Below, piece after piece: positions 37,197-49,514 of a stretch of DNA of 51,321 nucleotides. Within the stretch, counting starts at the first letter, position 1. Each line of letters opens with the position of its first letter. The notes below the pieces were generated by a model, which worked only from the letters and a program-made list of their open reading frames with translations, did no database searches and was not told the DNA's origin. A program made the translations under genes and the position numbers. The DNA comes from Vermamoeba vermiformis (taxonomy: Eukaryota), in contig JBEWZL010000054.1 in the NCBI GenBank assembly GCA_045837725.1, positions 1 through 51,321 on the forward strand, in the 5' to 3' direction.

Positions 37197-39360
37197 TTAA
37201 GAAAGGAGATCCCTAGTGATCTTAATATAATTTAAGTGCTTGACTTGCATCGATGAATTCAATGCTTGTTCGAAATATGTAGCACCAGGACCGCCAAGTA
37301 ATAGTCGTTTTAACGATTTGAACTCCTCTTTAACATGCCGCGGAAAAACTTCCCAGTAGGAATATGGAACTTCGCTGAAAACAGTTGCAAGTACGTTCAA
37401 TTTGAGCACTTCCAAATTAGGAATGTGCTTTATTCCGCTGAACCACAGTACTTCTTTGTTGTGGATGGGTTGAAACGGCTATGAGATTGCAAAATTTAGC
37501 GTCGAAAGTCTTACACAATAATACTTACTGCTATGGTCAATTCTTTTAATGCACTCAATTTGCCCCAAGTCGTAGATCCAATCGTGACCGAATCCGGTTT
37601 GAAAACGACAAGTTTTTTCAAATGCTTGAGCTTAGTCAATGCACCTAATACCCCATTGGTCACTAACAAACCGGGCAATCGCAAGTCCGTCAAGTTTGGA
37701 TTGGCTTGAATGACCTCAATAATGTGTACGCTTGGCGGTATTTCTGACTCAAATTTCTTCAAAATTTTGTGTTCGATAAGCTCTTGCGCATCGATTCTAA
37801 ATTAATTCTAAAGATTAATAAGAAGTTTAAGGGACGATGGCGATTTACTAATTGCAATGCGGAAAATTGGTACGTAATTTCTACAAAAATGTTCGTCGCT
37901 TAAGTTCGATAAACATTTTCTCAATAGTGAAATATAAGTTAAATATAATAATATAAGTTATATTATTATAGTAATTCATATTACCTGTTGATGCTGAGCT
38001 CTTCAAGCTTCGGAAAGAGTTTCAAAGAAAATACAATGTCTGGTGAGCCAAGGAAAATCTTCAGCGACTTCAAATTCTTAATATCCGCTGTAATTACATA
38101 GTTAATGCAAATTACACGTAAAATGTCTGGTTCGATTGAAAATTAACTTACGCCAAAGGGTGGATCCGACAAAACCAGGTTCGGCCGAGAATGACAGGTG
38201 CGTCAAACTGATAATCGGATAATATTAGTGCCATACCTAATTTAATTAAGTTGCTTACTTTGGTCTATTTCCGAGTATTAAGCTGTCAAGAGGACCACCA
38301 ACGCTTAGTCTTTCCAAATAAGGCAAGCAGCCGGACAGATCCAGGTTCCTCACCTTGTCTATATAATGGCATTCAAAGCGTCTGAGATTAACGAATCTAA
38401 ATATTAATTTGTCAATATTATTAATTAACTTAATTATTAAAACGTGGGCGAACGAATCCGTTGTAAAATTAATGTTGAACTCACTCAGTTTAAAATGGCC
38501 TTACCTTTTGATTTCATTGAGAGCGATGCTATTTGTATAAACTAATGTCGTAATATTATCTGCAATTAAGCACCCTCGTTCCATTAAAGCCTGGAACACC
38601 GCCTCACCTCCTCTGTATTCGCGTAAAGGCAATGCTTCACCGGTTATTTGGTCCAAATGATTGCCTAATCGGAAATTATTGATCTCTCCTTGATCAAATC
38701 CTCGGATATCAAGTGCGAGCAGCGACGGTAATTTACGAACTGAAAAGAATAAGTTAAGTTGCGGATGGAGATCGTCAACTCGATTAAAAGCTTACCAAAC
38801 TCCTTAAATGAAACTCGCGTCAATCGCTTGCAATTTTTCATGCGCAAAACTTGAAGATTCGGAGTCTTAGCAAGGATCTGTTGGAACAGTGCGTTTGTCA
38901 TCTTGTCGCAGTTTGAAATGTCTGGGCAAAATTAAATCAGCTCATCATAAGATAGTTCTTATGAGTCGTTAAAATAAGTTTTACAGTGTCTATGCAATTA
39001 GTATAGCTACATACCGAGTTCTAAGAGGTACTGTAATCGATCTGCAGGTAACGCCAAGAAAGAGTGATAATTTAGTTTGTTATCGTATTTCAGCGTTAAT
39101 TTTGACCAAGAATAATATACCAGCTCTTGAAACAATTTGTTGGCAAATAATAACCCTCGAATATCATTTTTCGTTTCTAATCCGGCAATTATTTGACACA
39201 AAACTTCATTTGGCAAATTTTGGAGCCTAATAATAATTATTATTATTATTATACTGATTTAAAGCCATTTATATTATTAATAAATAATGCCTGCAAGAAA
39301 TAAAGACTCAAAATTTAGATTATTTCCTTACCTGATATCGTGCTCCCTATCGTGCTCCAT
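37197..39360 (-). CDS. F-box/LRR protein (multi-exon)
   Basis: MEHDREHDIR|LQNLPNEVLCQIIAGL..LLFANKLF F-box after an in-phase first intron. LRR exons such as PNLQVLRMKNCKRLT. Confidence 0.8.
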
Positions 39361-39698
39361 AAGCAGGCTTGACCAAGCAATACTAATAGTAATATAGTGT
39401 GCTGTGACGAGTTTTTTTACAAACCGAGCAGATTTCTGACTTGAACGTCGGCCGAGAATTCACAAATCAGATAAAATTCAGAAAAGCCACGACGAGTTCA
39501 TCTTAAGATGAATATTCATTCATTTTTCATACATTGTGGTAAGCTTGTAATCACAACCGCTTTACTTCGACTTTTTTTGTGAAACTAAATTATCCGATTA
39601 TGACGGGGTACACTTTCTCAATACGCAGCTGGAGTAGAATCAAACAGAGATAGATAATTTTCTCTCCGTGGAACAACCCAATTGCACAGGGTAAAAAG

Positions 39699-39839
39699 AT
39701 GTCGAATATTGACGGCCTCAACCACTGCTGCCCCAGGAGGTCCAAAGGAGACCCGCAAGGCCCACCAACAGCGGGCAAGGCAGACAAGGCGGATAAAACT
39801 ACCTCTCCAAAGAGCAGTAGCACTAAACCCCAGAAGTGA
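39699..39839 (+). CDS. Possible 46 aa small ORF in a GC-rich intergenic island
   Basis: AAAAAG-ATG context; MSNIDGLNHCCPRRSKGDPQGPPTAGKADKADKTTSPKSSSTKPQK*. Other frames are also open. Confidence 0.25.
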   Translation: MSNIDGLNHCCPRRSKGDPQGPPTAGKADKADKTTSPKSSSTKPQK

Positions 39840-39933
39840 TTGGCGACAAGCGACAGCCCAAGCCCACGACTCTGGCAATAATCAGTGTTAAATGGTAAAT
39901 TCGATTTTATACAAATAGATACATACAGAACAA

Positions 39934-42050
39934 TTATACTACAATAGGTGTGCTTGCTGGGAAGGGTACTGAAGCCAGCTCTAATGACGAAGAAGACTCC
40001 GAGGCTTCAACGGGAGCCTCTTGTCTGTGCGGATGCCACGTGGCAGGAGAATCAGGAATAGTTTTCTTAGCGGCAGTAGGTGTCATAGGAACAGCGCTCT
40101 TACGCAGGATAGGTGTCGGCATGGCAATAGTCGTCTTAACTTCTTCAATTTCTTCGATCGGTTCTTTGTCAAGACTTTTGTAACGGAGATCCGCGATCAT
40201 AATTGAAATGAAGGAGCAAACAGTAGCACCGGCCATAATATAGCTTTGAACGAAATAAGAAGTATGCGGGCCTATGAAGAACATCATAGCAACGCTGAGC
40301 GCCTGGCAAAATCTGAAGGCGCCAAAAGCTGCTTCGACTTTGCTGGGGAAGTAGTTGCTAATACTAACAAATAATATGGTAGTATAGCCTGCGTCTACTA
40401 AGCCCAAAACTGCGGCTATAATGAAGAACGAAGCGACGAATCCGTGCAAGGTATCTAACGGAATTGTTACTAGAGTGATGATGACCCCGGCCAATGCAGA
40501 AGTTGATAGTATCATCATATTTCTGCAGCCCATTTTCTTGATGATTTTGCCAAAGACCAAAGACATGATCGCATCCGCTGCACCAAAGGCAGCCATAACC
40601 CAACCGATCCATGATTTGCCGAGAACAGATGTAAACGTCGAAAACGCGAACGCTTGCCTATGGAGGGGCATTAGCTATGGCATTAGGTTGATTAAGCGAT
40701 ACTTACAAAATTCCGTTTTGGATCCAGAATACCATCAAAAATAAGGCGCCTTTGTTGCTCATAAGAATAAAGCTCGTAAATACTCTCTTGACTATCTTCC
40801 TTCTCCTTTCTTTCTTAGCGAGTTCGCTGTCAATATCGATCTTATCGGCGTTCATTCGAGCCTTTTCTTTTTTTGCTTGCTCGATCTCCTCTTGAGTTGA
40901 CAAAGGAGGTGTTCTATAAGCATGATTAATAAGGTACTAATATAATACACGCAAAATATACGTACACCACAAATAGGATCGTTGTTAGGCCCAAGAAAGA
41001 GATTCCAGTAAATACAACGAAGAGCATCTGCGTGCTCAAAGTTCCAAGCATGATGATAGTCGCGGCAATAATATTACCAACTACTGAACTTGCTTGATGG
41101 AACAAGAAGAACTATTAAGAGAATTAAATTAGTACTCACAAATCGAAATTTCTTGTCAGATCGGGATCTTACCAAACCGCTATTTCTGCCAACTTGACCA
41201 GGAGATGAAATATGTACAACAAATGACTTGATATAAACCGTTAATCAATAAGGAACCATCGAATAAGTCTAATTTGATATACGTACCGACTGGGAGTTCC
41301 ATAATAATCCTCCGCCAATTCCGCAAAAAGCAGCGGCAGTCATCAACAGCGCGGGAATAGGATTGATATTAGATGCCAAATAAAATATATACAGCGAGCA
41401 TCCAATCACTAAGCACCATCTAATAAGGAAATATACGTCAGTCACTGCCACATCCAAAACCAATTCTACTTCAAATATTATTAATGAGCTTGTAAATTAT
41501 GATACTTACTTTTCTCTAATAAATTTTACAAAAATTGGAGCAAATGCGTTCGAGAAAGCATTTGTAATGTACAAAACTGCTAGACTCCAAGATCCAGCTT
41601 CGCCGCCAATCGTGCCTTGAAGATTCTGCAACAATCAGGTTAGCCAATGGTATGTACTGTCACTATAGTATATTGTCCGAATATGTAAGGGTTCAAAAAT
41701 GAAATCAATAGACTTCTCTATTTGTTGCGAAAAACATTAACCGTCAGAACTGTAAAGGGAAGTAGATTCGCTCAAAATAATTCATTCGCGCTAAAACTAT
41801 TGATGTTATAGCGTTGAAAACGAATTTGTAGTGGATCTGTCAGACTTACTTGAGCAGCGTTGAATGCGCAGAACAGGAAAAAGAAACCAATACCTAGGAG
41901 AGCTGTGTAACCTTTTTCATAGGACATGCAAGATAAGAATCTTTTGGGCGTATGAGCACGCTTGGGCGGTTTGATAGCGACGGCCTGCTTGAAGTACGAT
42001 CGAGGCTTGATCGGCTCTTGAGAAATCGCCAAAAGATCCACCGTGCTCAT
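39934..42050 (-). CDS. UNC-93-like MFS membrane protein
   Basis: LGIGFFFLFCAFNAAQNLQ, GSWSLAVLY, GIGGGLLWNSQ, EAAFGAFRFCQAL; many TM segments. Confidence 0.88.
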
Positions 42051-42652
42051 CGTATGTGGTTTCTAGTCCGCTAAAATTATATAACTGATTTGTTCAGTCG
42101 ACAAATTATCCTTTTATATTTTTGAAATTGAAGCAAATTTCTAGATCGGAAAAAAAGTTTTGTATTCATTAACCAGAACGGTTTTCTGTGTTTTTTAGAA
42201 AGCGAATCTTGTTAATATATCGAGTATACCTTGATGATTACGCATACTAAACAAATTTAAGTACTTGATTGGAGTTTGTAAGACGATCGGAATTAAAAGC
42301 GGAAATTGTGCTTCTTATTGTCGCAAGAAAACCACTCTAATTTGCGCGAAATGAATATCAATTCCATAAAAAGCCGTTTTTGATTGATCTATGCTTATGT
42401 GATTGAATGGCAGCGGTATTATTTAATTTGAAGGCTACGTAGAGAAATTGAGACCTTTGCCACATAACCAAAAAACACAAAACATCATCTTCTCATTTAA
42501 AATAGATTAATTTGGTACATAAATCACATCTAGGTAATAATTTGCGTTCAATTAAACGACGTTTTTGGATGCGTGTACCGAAACAATACTAACAAAAATT
42601 ACGCTCGTATTAAAATTAATTATACTAAATTGCTTATGTTATTGAATAGTAA

Positions 42653-44416
42653 TTACATGGGTAACTCAACGCGCTTACGTTGCTTGTCTCTAGGTATGTT
42701 GGCTTGGTGGTTGTGTATCACGCGGCTGACATCGTTGTACGTCTTAGTATCAGATAACTTCTCCAAATAACCGTTGTTTTTAGCTACGTGCTTCAACTTG
42801 AAGCACCAGTATTGCGACATCAAAGCGTTGATGAACAGCTTGGATCCGCGGGTTCTGAAAGCAACACAAAAAAGTGGTTAAAATTCGCATCAAATGAATT
42901 CACAAATCATATTAGGTAATTTGATGGGTTATATACGGGCGTAATAATGGAACGCGGAGCAATTAGCCACAACATAATATAAGAAAATAACCAAATTTGG
43001 CAAAAGGTTATTCCGTCGCTAGTTACGCCGGTTTGTGTTTTAGCCAATATAATCTCAAATCAATTGGTACCTGTCAGTAACGTGATAATTGCCAAACTTT
43101 CCGTCGACAGCAGACAAAATACTTGAATTCACAATTGACGGGTAATCCATCTTCCTGAAGCAAAACTCGCTGATCTCCTTGTACTTCTCAGCTTCTGGTG
43201 ACTCTCGCATCACTTGCATAGTGCCGAGGAAGCCGCCCTTAAGTAACATATACTATATTAGTATCGTTATGATTAGACCATATGAGGCCAGACTTACGTC
43301 AGAAATGATTTTCGCAACATTTTCCAAAAATAACGCGTGACTAACACCATGGAAGCTGCAAGCGGAATTAATATTTAAAATGGCTGTATATAATACTGGA
43401 ATGCTTACGTATCAATACCAAAGCCAATTGCAACCAAATATTTGTTCTTGACTGATTTAACTTTATGAACAGCCGCGATCGAGGCACCATCTTCAATAGG
43501 TGTTCCCAGCCTACCACAACGTACTGTTAGTAATATATTCTATGTTGTTCTCGAAAAGGGCAATGCGGTAACTTACTGGGCCTCGTCACCGAACATCAAC
43601 GAATCTGTTCCTCCATCCGCCTAAAAAATATCAGCACGGATTAGATGACATCTATTAGCGTAATATATAATCTCACGCGTCTTGTTTTAGTCATTTACGA
43701 CTCATAGGACCCTTACCAAGATGATAGTATCGATGTTCAGCATGTCGATGAGGGTCTCATACGCCGTGGTCAATGGCTTGACACCAGCATTGTTTCGCTC
43801 AAATGTGTACACGCACACGTCATCGCCTTCGTTCTTTTTGATCCACTCGCACAGATAACGTTCGGGGAAATAAGCCAACGGCGCACAAGGCGTGTCTCCC
43901 TTGACCTTGTAGCAGATCGTGTCTCCAATCTGCTCTGCCTTCATCAATGAGGTGACTGTATATAAAGTCGTAAGAAATTATGTAAATAATCATAGCGGTA
44001 ACCGTAGGCGAACGGATCAGGTGCTACGAGCGAGCCTGGACCCGCTGCTATTTGCGAGGCGTCATACTTTCGGTGAACGAGTAATTTGCCAGAGTAACAT
44101 TGTATTTATCTTTTAGTGCATAATAGAGAGGCAAACCAGCGTAAATGTCGTAACCACCGCCGCTAAGAACAATTATCAATTATTTCTTAAAATATCAAAT
44201 AGGCGTAATAAAATCGCAGTTTAGCGTCAAATAATTGTCAATATTATTGGAGAATTTATTGTATATTAAAACGCACGATTTACAATAATAAATAAAGACT
44301 TACCAGCCAGCGAGCAAAATGTTTTTGGCTTGCTTGCGTTCAAGTTCAGCAAAGAAAGGTACTTCATACAATCTGAACTGACCAGCAGCTTGTTTATCGC
44401 TCTTCTTGCCTTCCAT
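42653..44416 (-). CDS. DUF1152 family protein (8 exons)
   Basis: ILLAGCGGGYDIYAGLPLY, DGGTDSLMFGDEAQLGTPIED, GFGID.FHGVSH, PSIVNSSILSAVDGKFGNYH, LFINALMSQYWCF. Confidence 0.85.
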
Positions 44417-44572
44417 AGTGTTCACGGAGTTAAAATAGACGATCTGAACAGTTCAAAAGAAAACTCATTTTCTTCAGCAATAATAGCTACCAGCGATTGT
44501 AATACAGGTTGTAACGATTGTTATTCTTCATATCTTACGAAGGTGCATCCCTGTTGGTGTTCTCAGACTTAG

Positions 44573-44650
44573 AAATATCAGCGAACTTTAGCCAAACTTT
44601 CGCTGATATTTTACTGAACGATCCGGAGTTTTGCTGGCAAGTATAAAAGG
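44573..44650. promoter_or_regulatory. Divergent promoter element: 13-bp inverted repeat plus TATA box
   Basis: AAATATCAGCGAA (44573-44585) and TTCGCTGATATTT (44599-44611); TATAAAAG at 44642-44649, upstream of the UBX gene. Confidence 0.5.
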
Positions 44651-44771
44651 GTTCCTAATCTGCTCCAATTCTTTCAACGAGTTGCAATAACAGCGCAACA
44701 ATACCACGCGACAAGAACAAAACTTTTTTTGAAACGGTCAAAAACATTTTCCCGCTCAATACGCCATTGCA

Positions 44772-45812
44772 ATGCAGAACTTCTTTGGAGGACAACACAT
44801 TAACAACGACCCATTTTTTACATCAACACCATTCACAATGAGCACAGATTCAATATTCGAGCGGATGAGGAGGCAGATCCTAAGCAATCTTCCACCAGAA
44901 TTTGCTAGCGTCGTAAACAATACTGGTGCTACTCCGCCAAGACGCAGAAATAATTCTGGCCTCGCAAATACCATGAACAGACGTGGTCCTCCCTTCGTTG
45001 AGCATCTGGACGAACCAATCCAAAACGAGGACGACGAAGTACAAGAAGCCATTCGACGCAGCTTAATGGAAAATCAAAGAACCTCACCGCGCAACAATCA
45101 AGGAAATTTAAGAGTCAGCGACTTCGAGGATTTGATGCCCCCTCAGCAAGATCTCGAATTCCCAATCAGCGATGCAGATCTCCCCTACGAGCACTTTGAA
45201 GAGCCGCAGGACCCTATGGAACTCGAGAGACAAGAACAGGAAGAGCTCGAACGGGCCATCAAAGCTAGTGCTGAAGAAGAAGAGCGTCGAGAACGACAGA
45301 GACTGCGCGATGAGCAAGATCGTGCTTACCAAGAGTCTCTTCGTGCAGATGCAGAGCGAGTTCGACGAGCAAAAGAAGAAGAACTTAAGAAGATCGAGGA
45401 AGAGCAACGACGTCAAGAGGAGCTCGACAGACAGCACCTCGAAGAAGCGATGCGCTTGTCAGTCCAACTTACCAAAGAACAACGCGAGAAGGAAGAACTC
45501 CGTCGTAAATCTGAACAATTCAAGGTCGAGCCCACGTGGCAAGCAAACAGCGACGCCGTCACTCAATTAGGAATTCGTTTACCGAACGGCCAGCGTTTGA
45601 TGCGAAACTTCTTGAAAAGTGACAAATTAATGAAAGTGAAGGAGTTTATCGAAACAAGAAAAGTAGAAGACGAAGCTTTGAAGGAAGTCATTCCTGCTCA
45701 ATTCGATTTGGTCCAGGACTTCCCACGAAAAGTGTACGACAACCTCGATCTAACGCTGGAACAAGTCGGTCTCCTCAAGCGCGCCTTGATTAGCGTGCAA
45801 GAGAAGTACTAA
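44772..45812 (+). CDS. UIM + coiled-coil + UBX domain protein (p97/Cdc48 cofactor), intronless
   Basis: Three UIM-like motifs (EVQEAIRRSL, ELERAIKASA, LEEAMRLSV); LRDEQDRAYQESLRAD; IRLPNGQRLMRNF ... FPRK ... TLEQVGL. Confidence 0.92.
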   Translation: MQNFFGGQHINNDPFFTSTPFTMSTDSIFERMRRQILSNLPPEFASVVNNTGATPPRRRNNSGLANTMNRRGPPFVEHLDEPIQNEDDEVQEAIRRSLMENQRTSPRNNQGNLRVSDFEDLMPPQQDLEFPISDADLPYEHFEEPQDPMELERQEQEELERAIKASAEEEERRERQRLRDEQDRAYQESLRADAERVRRAKEEELKKIEEEQRRQEELDRQHLEEAMRLSVQLTKEQREKEELRRKSEQFKVEPTWQANSDAVTQLGIRLPNGQRLMRNFLKSDKLMKVKEFIETRKVEDEALKEVIPAQFDLVQDFPRKVYDNLDLTLEQVGLLKRALISVQEKY

Positions 45813-45996
45813 ATGAGCAACGTTGCAGCTTAATTGTAAATAGTGTAAAATAAACCGCGAATTACAACAATCAGAGCTTCGAAGTTTCAAGCTGATTTTT
45901 TGCAAGTGGTGATCTGACGTCGATGTTTTTTTTTGCATTATGGTATTTTTGTATATCGCAGCATATTTATACCACAACTATTCTAATTAAATCAAA

Positions 45997-48629
45997 ATGG
46001 TGATTATTGCTGCATCCGTTGTTACAAAGAGTGGCAAGGGTAAGACATCTGCTCAGCTCAGTTAAATACACGCACTATTCAGTGTAATTAATTAAAATAT
46101 AATCAACAGCCCTTGTATCAAGACAATTTGTTGATATCAGCCGTGCCAGAATTGAAGGTAAGCTCAGATGAAAATGGAAAAATCATTCAATTTTAATTAT
46201 CGCTTATTTCGCTTATTATAATACAATTTCTTCGTACCTTATTTTCGGCTATTTATTTTAAAAATATTGCGCGTATTATTTGTAATTACTGTTAACAAGA
46301 AGGAAAAATTTCGTTTTTGAAGCAAATCCGATATTTTTCAATTAAAATCGATGTAGACATAGATCATTGTATGAATATACATGATATATTAATTAACAAC
46401 CATTTAAGGTCTTTTGGCTGCCTTTCCAAAGCTCGTTGGCAGTCCCGGTGGACGTCAGCACACGATGGTTGAAACAGAAGCAGTACGTTATCTATATCAC
46501 CCATTAGAGTCCCTTTACTTGGTCATTGTTACGACCAAGTCCAGCAACATTGTGGAGGACTTGGATACCTTGCACGTGCTCGCCAAGTTGGTAAGTAGCC
46601 CTTTCAAGATCGACGTTGACACGCACTAGAGATCGCTTAATACTTGGATTATTTGAAGCGATTAAATACCTTAAATCAAATTAATATATTAACTATGGGC
46701 ATATTATAATTGCAATATTGGGTTTAATTTATGAGAGCGGGCTTAACGAGCATGACATCCGATCTAACGTTGCTTTGATGTGCAGGTTCCCGATTACTGC
46801 CGCTCATTGGACGAACAAACTGTCTGCAAACAAGCTTTTGACTTGATTTTCGCTTTTGACGAAGTCGTGGCTATGGGCTACAAAGAAAAAGTCACCGTGC
46901 AACAGGTGAAACAGTTCGTTGAAATGGACAGTCAAGAAGAGAAGATCTTTGAAATGATTCAACGCGTAAGTGTACTTGGGACCTATTATACGGCACATAT
47001 ATTGACAAGTGTGTGCTACTCAATAGAACAAGGAGCGTGCTGCCAAGAAAGCCGCTACTGAGAAGCGCAAGGAACTCGAGCGCGAGCGCCGTGAACGAGA
47101 GAAGATGGGCTTGAAGGGTTACCCAGGCATGTATTAATGACGTTTCTAGTGTTTTTATAGCTGTGCTAATGTGTGTTAGGTATCGGCCGCAACTCGATGA
47201 GCAGTGATGGAATGGGCAGCGGCGGTGATTACTCACAACCGTTCTTGAGCGGTGGTGACAGCCCTGGTTACAAGGGTCGCACCTCTGGTTCGAGCAACAG
47301 CTATTCATCTTCATCCACCTCTTCAGACAGGTAAGACCGACCCTCGATCTAACCACTCAGCGGATCTACAGGTCAACTAATTTTAACTTATTTTTAGCTA
47401 CCGTTCTGGCTCGTATGGTACTCCTAAGGCCGCTCCTGCCAAAGAGCGCAAGGGCTTGCAATTGAAGAAGACTCAAAAGCCCAACGAAGCTATTGAGGCT
47501 ATGGTTGCCAAGGGTGAGATCGTGGACGAAGAAACCTCTGCTGCTACTGGAGGCAGCGAGACTACTCCCAGAACTATGCGCGAGGAGTAAGTGTTATTGT
47601 TAATACGAGTTTCATTACTGACGTAATACAGCGTGCACATCCAAGCCACCGAGAAGTTGCTCGCTCAATTGGACAAAGACGGAGGTCTTCAACGCTTGCA
47701 AGTGCTCGGAGAGTTCCTTATCACCACTGCCAGCGATAAGTTGGATCGTGTCATTGTCAAGTTAAAGTCGAAGAACAGCAATGACTTCCAATTCAGAGTA
47801 CGTGTTTTGGCACATCCGAATCTTCCAGCTTGATCCCGAAAACTAACATGACTACTATGATAGGCACATCCCTTCATCGACCGTGATACTTTCAACAACA
47901 AGCAAGAGCTCGTCTTGTTGCCTGGTCGTTCATACCCTGTCAACACACCCACCGCTGTTGTCAAGTGGAGATACATTTCTAACGACGTCAATGTCCTGCC
48001 TTTGATCAGTAAGTATATCATTATAGTGTCAGTATCGGGCACTAGTAGCTAATGATATCTCTTATTAGTTAACTGCTGGCCAACGCCTAGCAAGGACGTC
48101 ACAATGGTCACGGTCGAGTACGAATTGACCAATGATTTTGAAGTCAGCAATGTTGTGGTTAAAGTGCCCATCGTGTAAGTACCGTAGTATTGACAAGTAT
48201 ATTACTATAATTGGCAATATTATGCATGGCTCATTATTGTATTAGTGCCAAGTCACCTCCATCTGTCTCTCAAGCTGAAGGCACATACCACTTTGACAGC
48301 AAGAACTCAGTGCTCGAATGGGAGATCCCTCTCATCAACAACTCAAACAAGAAGGGCAATCTCGAATTCGAGATTGTGCCTTGGGAGTCTTCAAAGAACG
48401 ACACTACCTCATTGTTCCCCATCACAGTCTCCTTCAACTGCGACAAGACTTTGTGCAACATGGACGTAAGTCTTCGTGCACCTAGGCGCACTATTCGTTA
48501 TCGCAATAGAGATGCATATTTATTAATCTAATCTTACTTCAGATCGCGGAAGTCGTCACCGAAGATGGATCTGCTGTTAAGTTCTCGAACGAAAAATCCC
48601 TCGGTATTGAGAGGTACACTATCGAATAA
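45997..48629 (+). CDS. ARCN1: Coatomer (COPI) subunit delta
   Basis: [69 protein letters not shown]-terminal mu-homology domain (NCWP, VEYEL). Confidence 0.96.
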
Positions 48630-48782
48630 GACCATATTACATCCTGTTAGTCAATTAGTGTGTAGCTAAGTAGATTAAACTTGTTTCTATTTTTAACTCG
48701 TCGCTTTTTGTTTCCAACGCGTTCTCGGTCTTGATTTAGTTTCTTTGTACATAATACAAGACCACGGGTCAGATAATCACAA

Positions 48783-49403
48783 ATGGGCAATTCAGTAGAC
48801 AGAAAGAGTGCCGCAACCCTAGTAAAGCAAAACGTAAGTTGAGCACCTTGGTATTTTAAATTTCAATTTTACGATCGGTTCAAAAATAAATTCTAAATAA
48901 TTATTTAACCACACTATAAATCATCATAAATCAGTACGTTACTAATTTTCCGTTTTTTAATGCAGCCAGCTAGCGAACATATTTTAAAGCATTGTGTTCT
49001 GCCTTACTGCTCGTTCGAATTCCTTGGCGTATCTAAAAATTGGAGGAGGCTTGCAAAAGGACTAGTAATATATGATAAGAGAATGACAGCAATAGCGGTG
49101 CAAAATGCGATTGTTTCGGCTGCTCGATCTGGTGATCTCGAGTTTTTAAAGCTTTTATTAACCCACAAACGAGCCAAGCCAGACGGTCAAAGTAACGAAG
49201 CACTAGTCCAAGCAGTTCGAAACAATCGCAATGAAGTAGCAAAATATTTATTGACCTTACCGGGAGTTAATCCGAGCGAAACACGCAGAACAAAAGTTCC
49301 TCTTGTAGCTGCCATTAGGACCAGAGAAAGTGCAGTTGAAGCTGCTGTAAAAAACGATAATAAGGAGATGATAAAGTACTTCAAAGAACGAGGAGATCTG
49401 TAG
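48783..49403 (+). CDS. Small F-box-like/ankyrin protein with MGNS N-terminus (2 exons)
   Basis: Exon MGNSVDRKSAATLVKQN|GTAAGT joins in phase at TGCAG|CCAGCT. Ankyrin motifs AARSGDLEFLKLLL and AVRNNRNEVAKYLL. Confidence 0.78.
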
Positions 49404-49514
49404 AGGCATCGAGTTGCCGTGGAATAAAATGTACTTTAATACTGAGTGCGTACCATATACATTATTAACTGGTTTGCATTAGAGTCAACATTCTTCAATC
49501 CTGAGTGGATCGGA

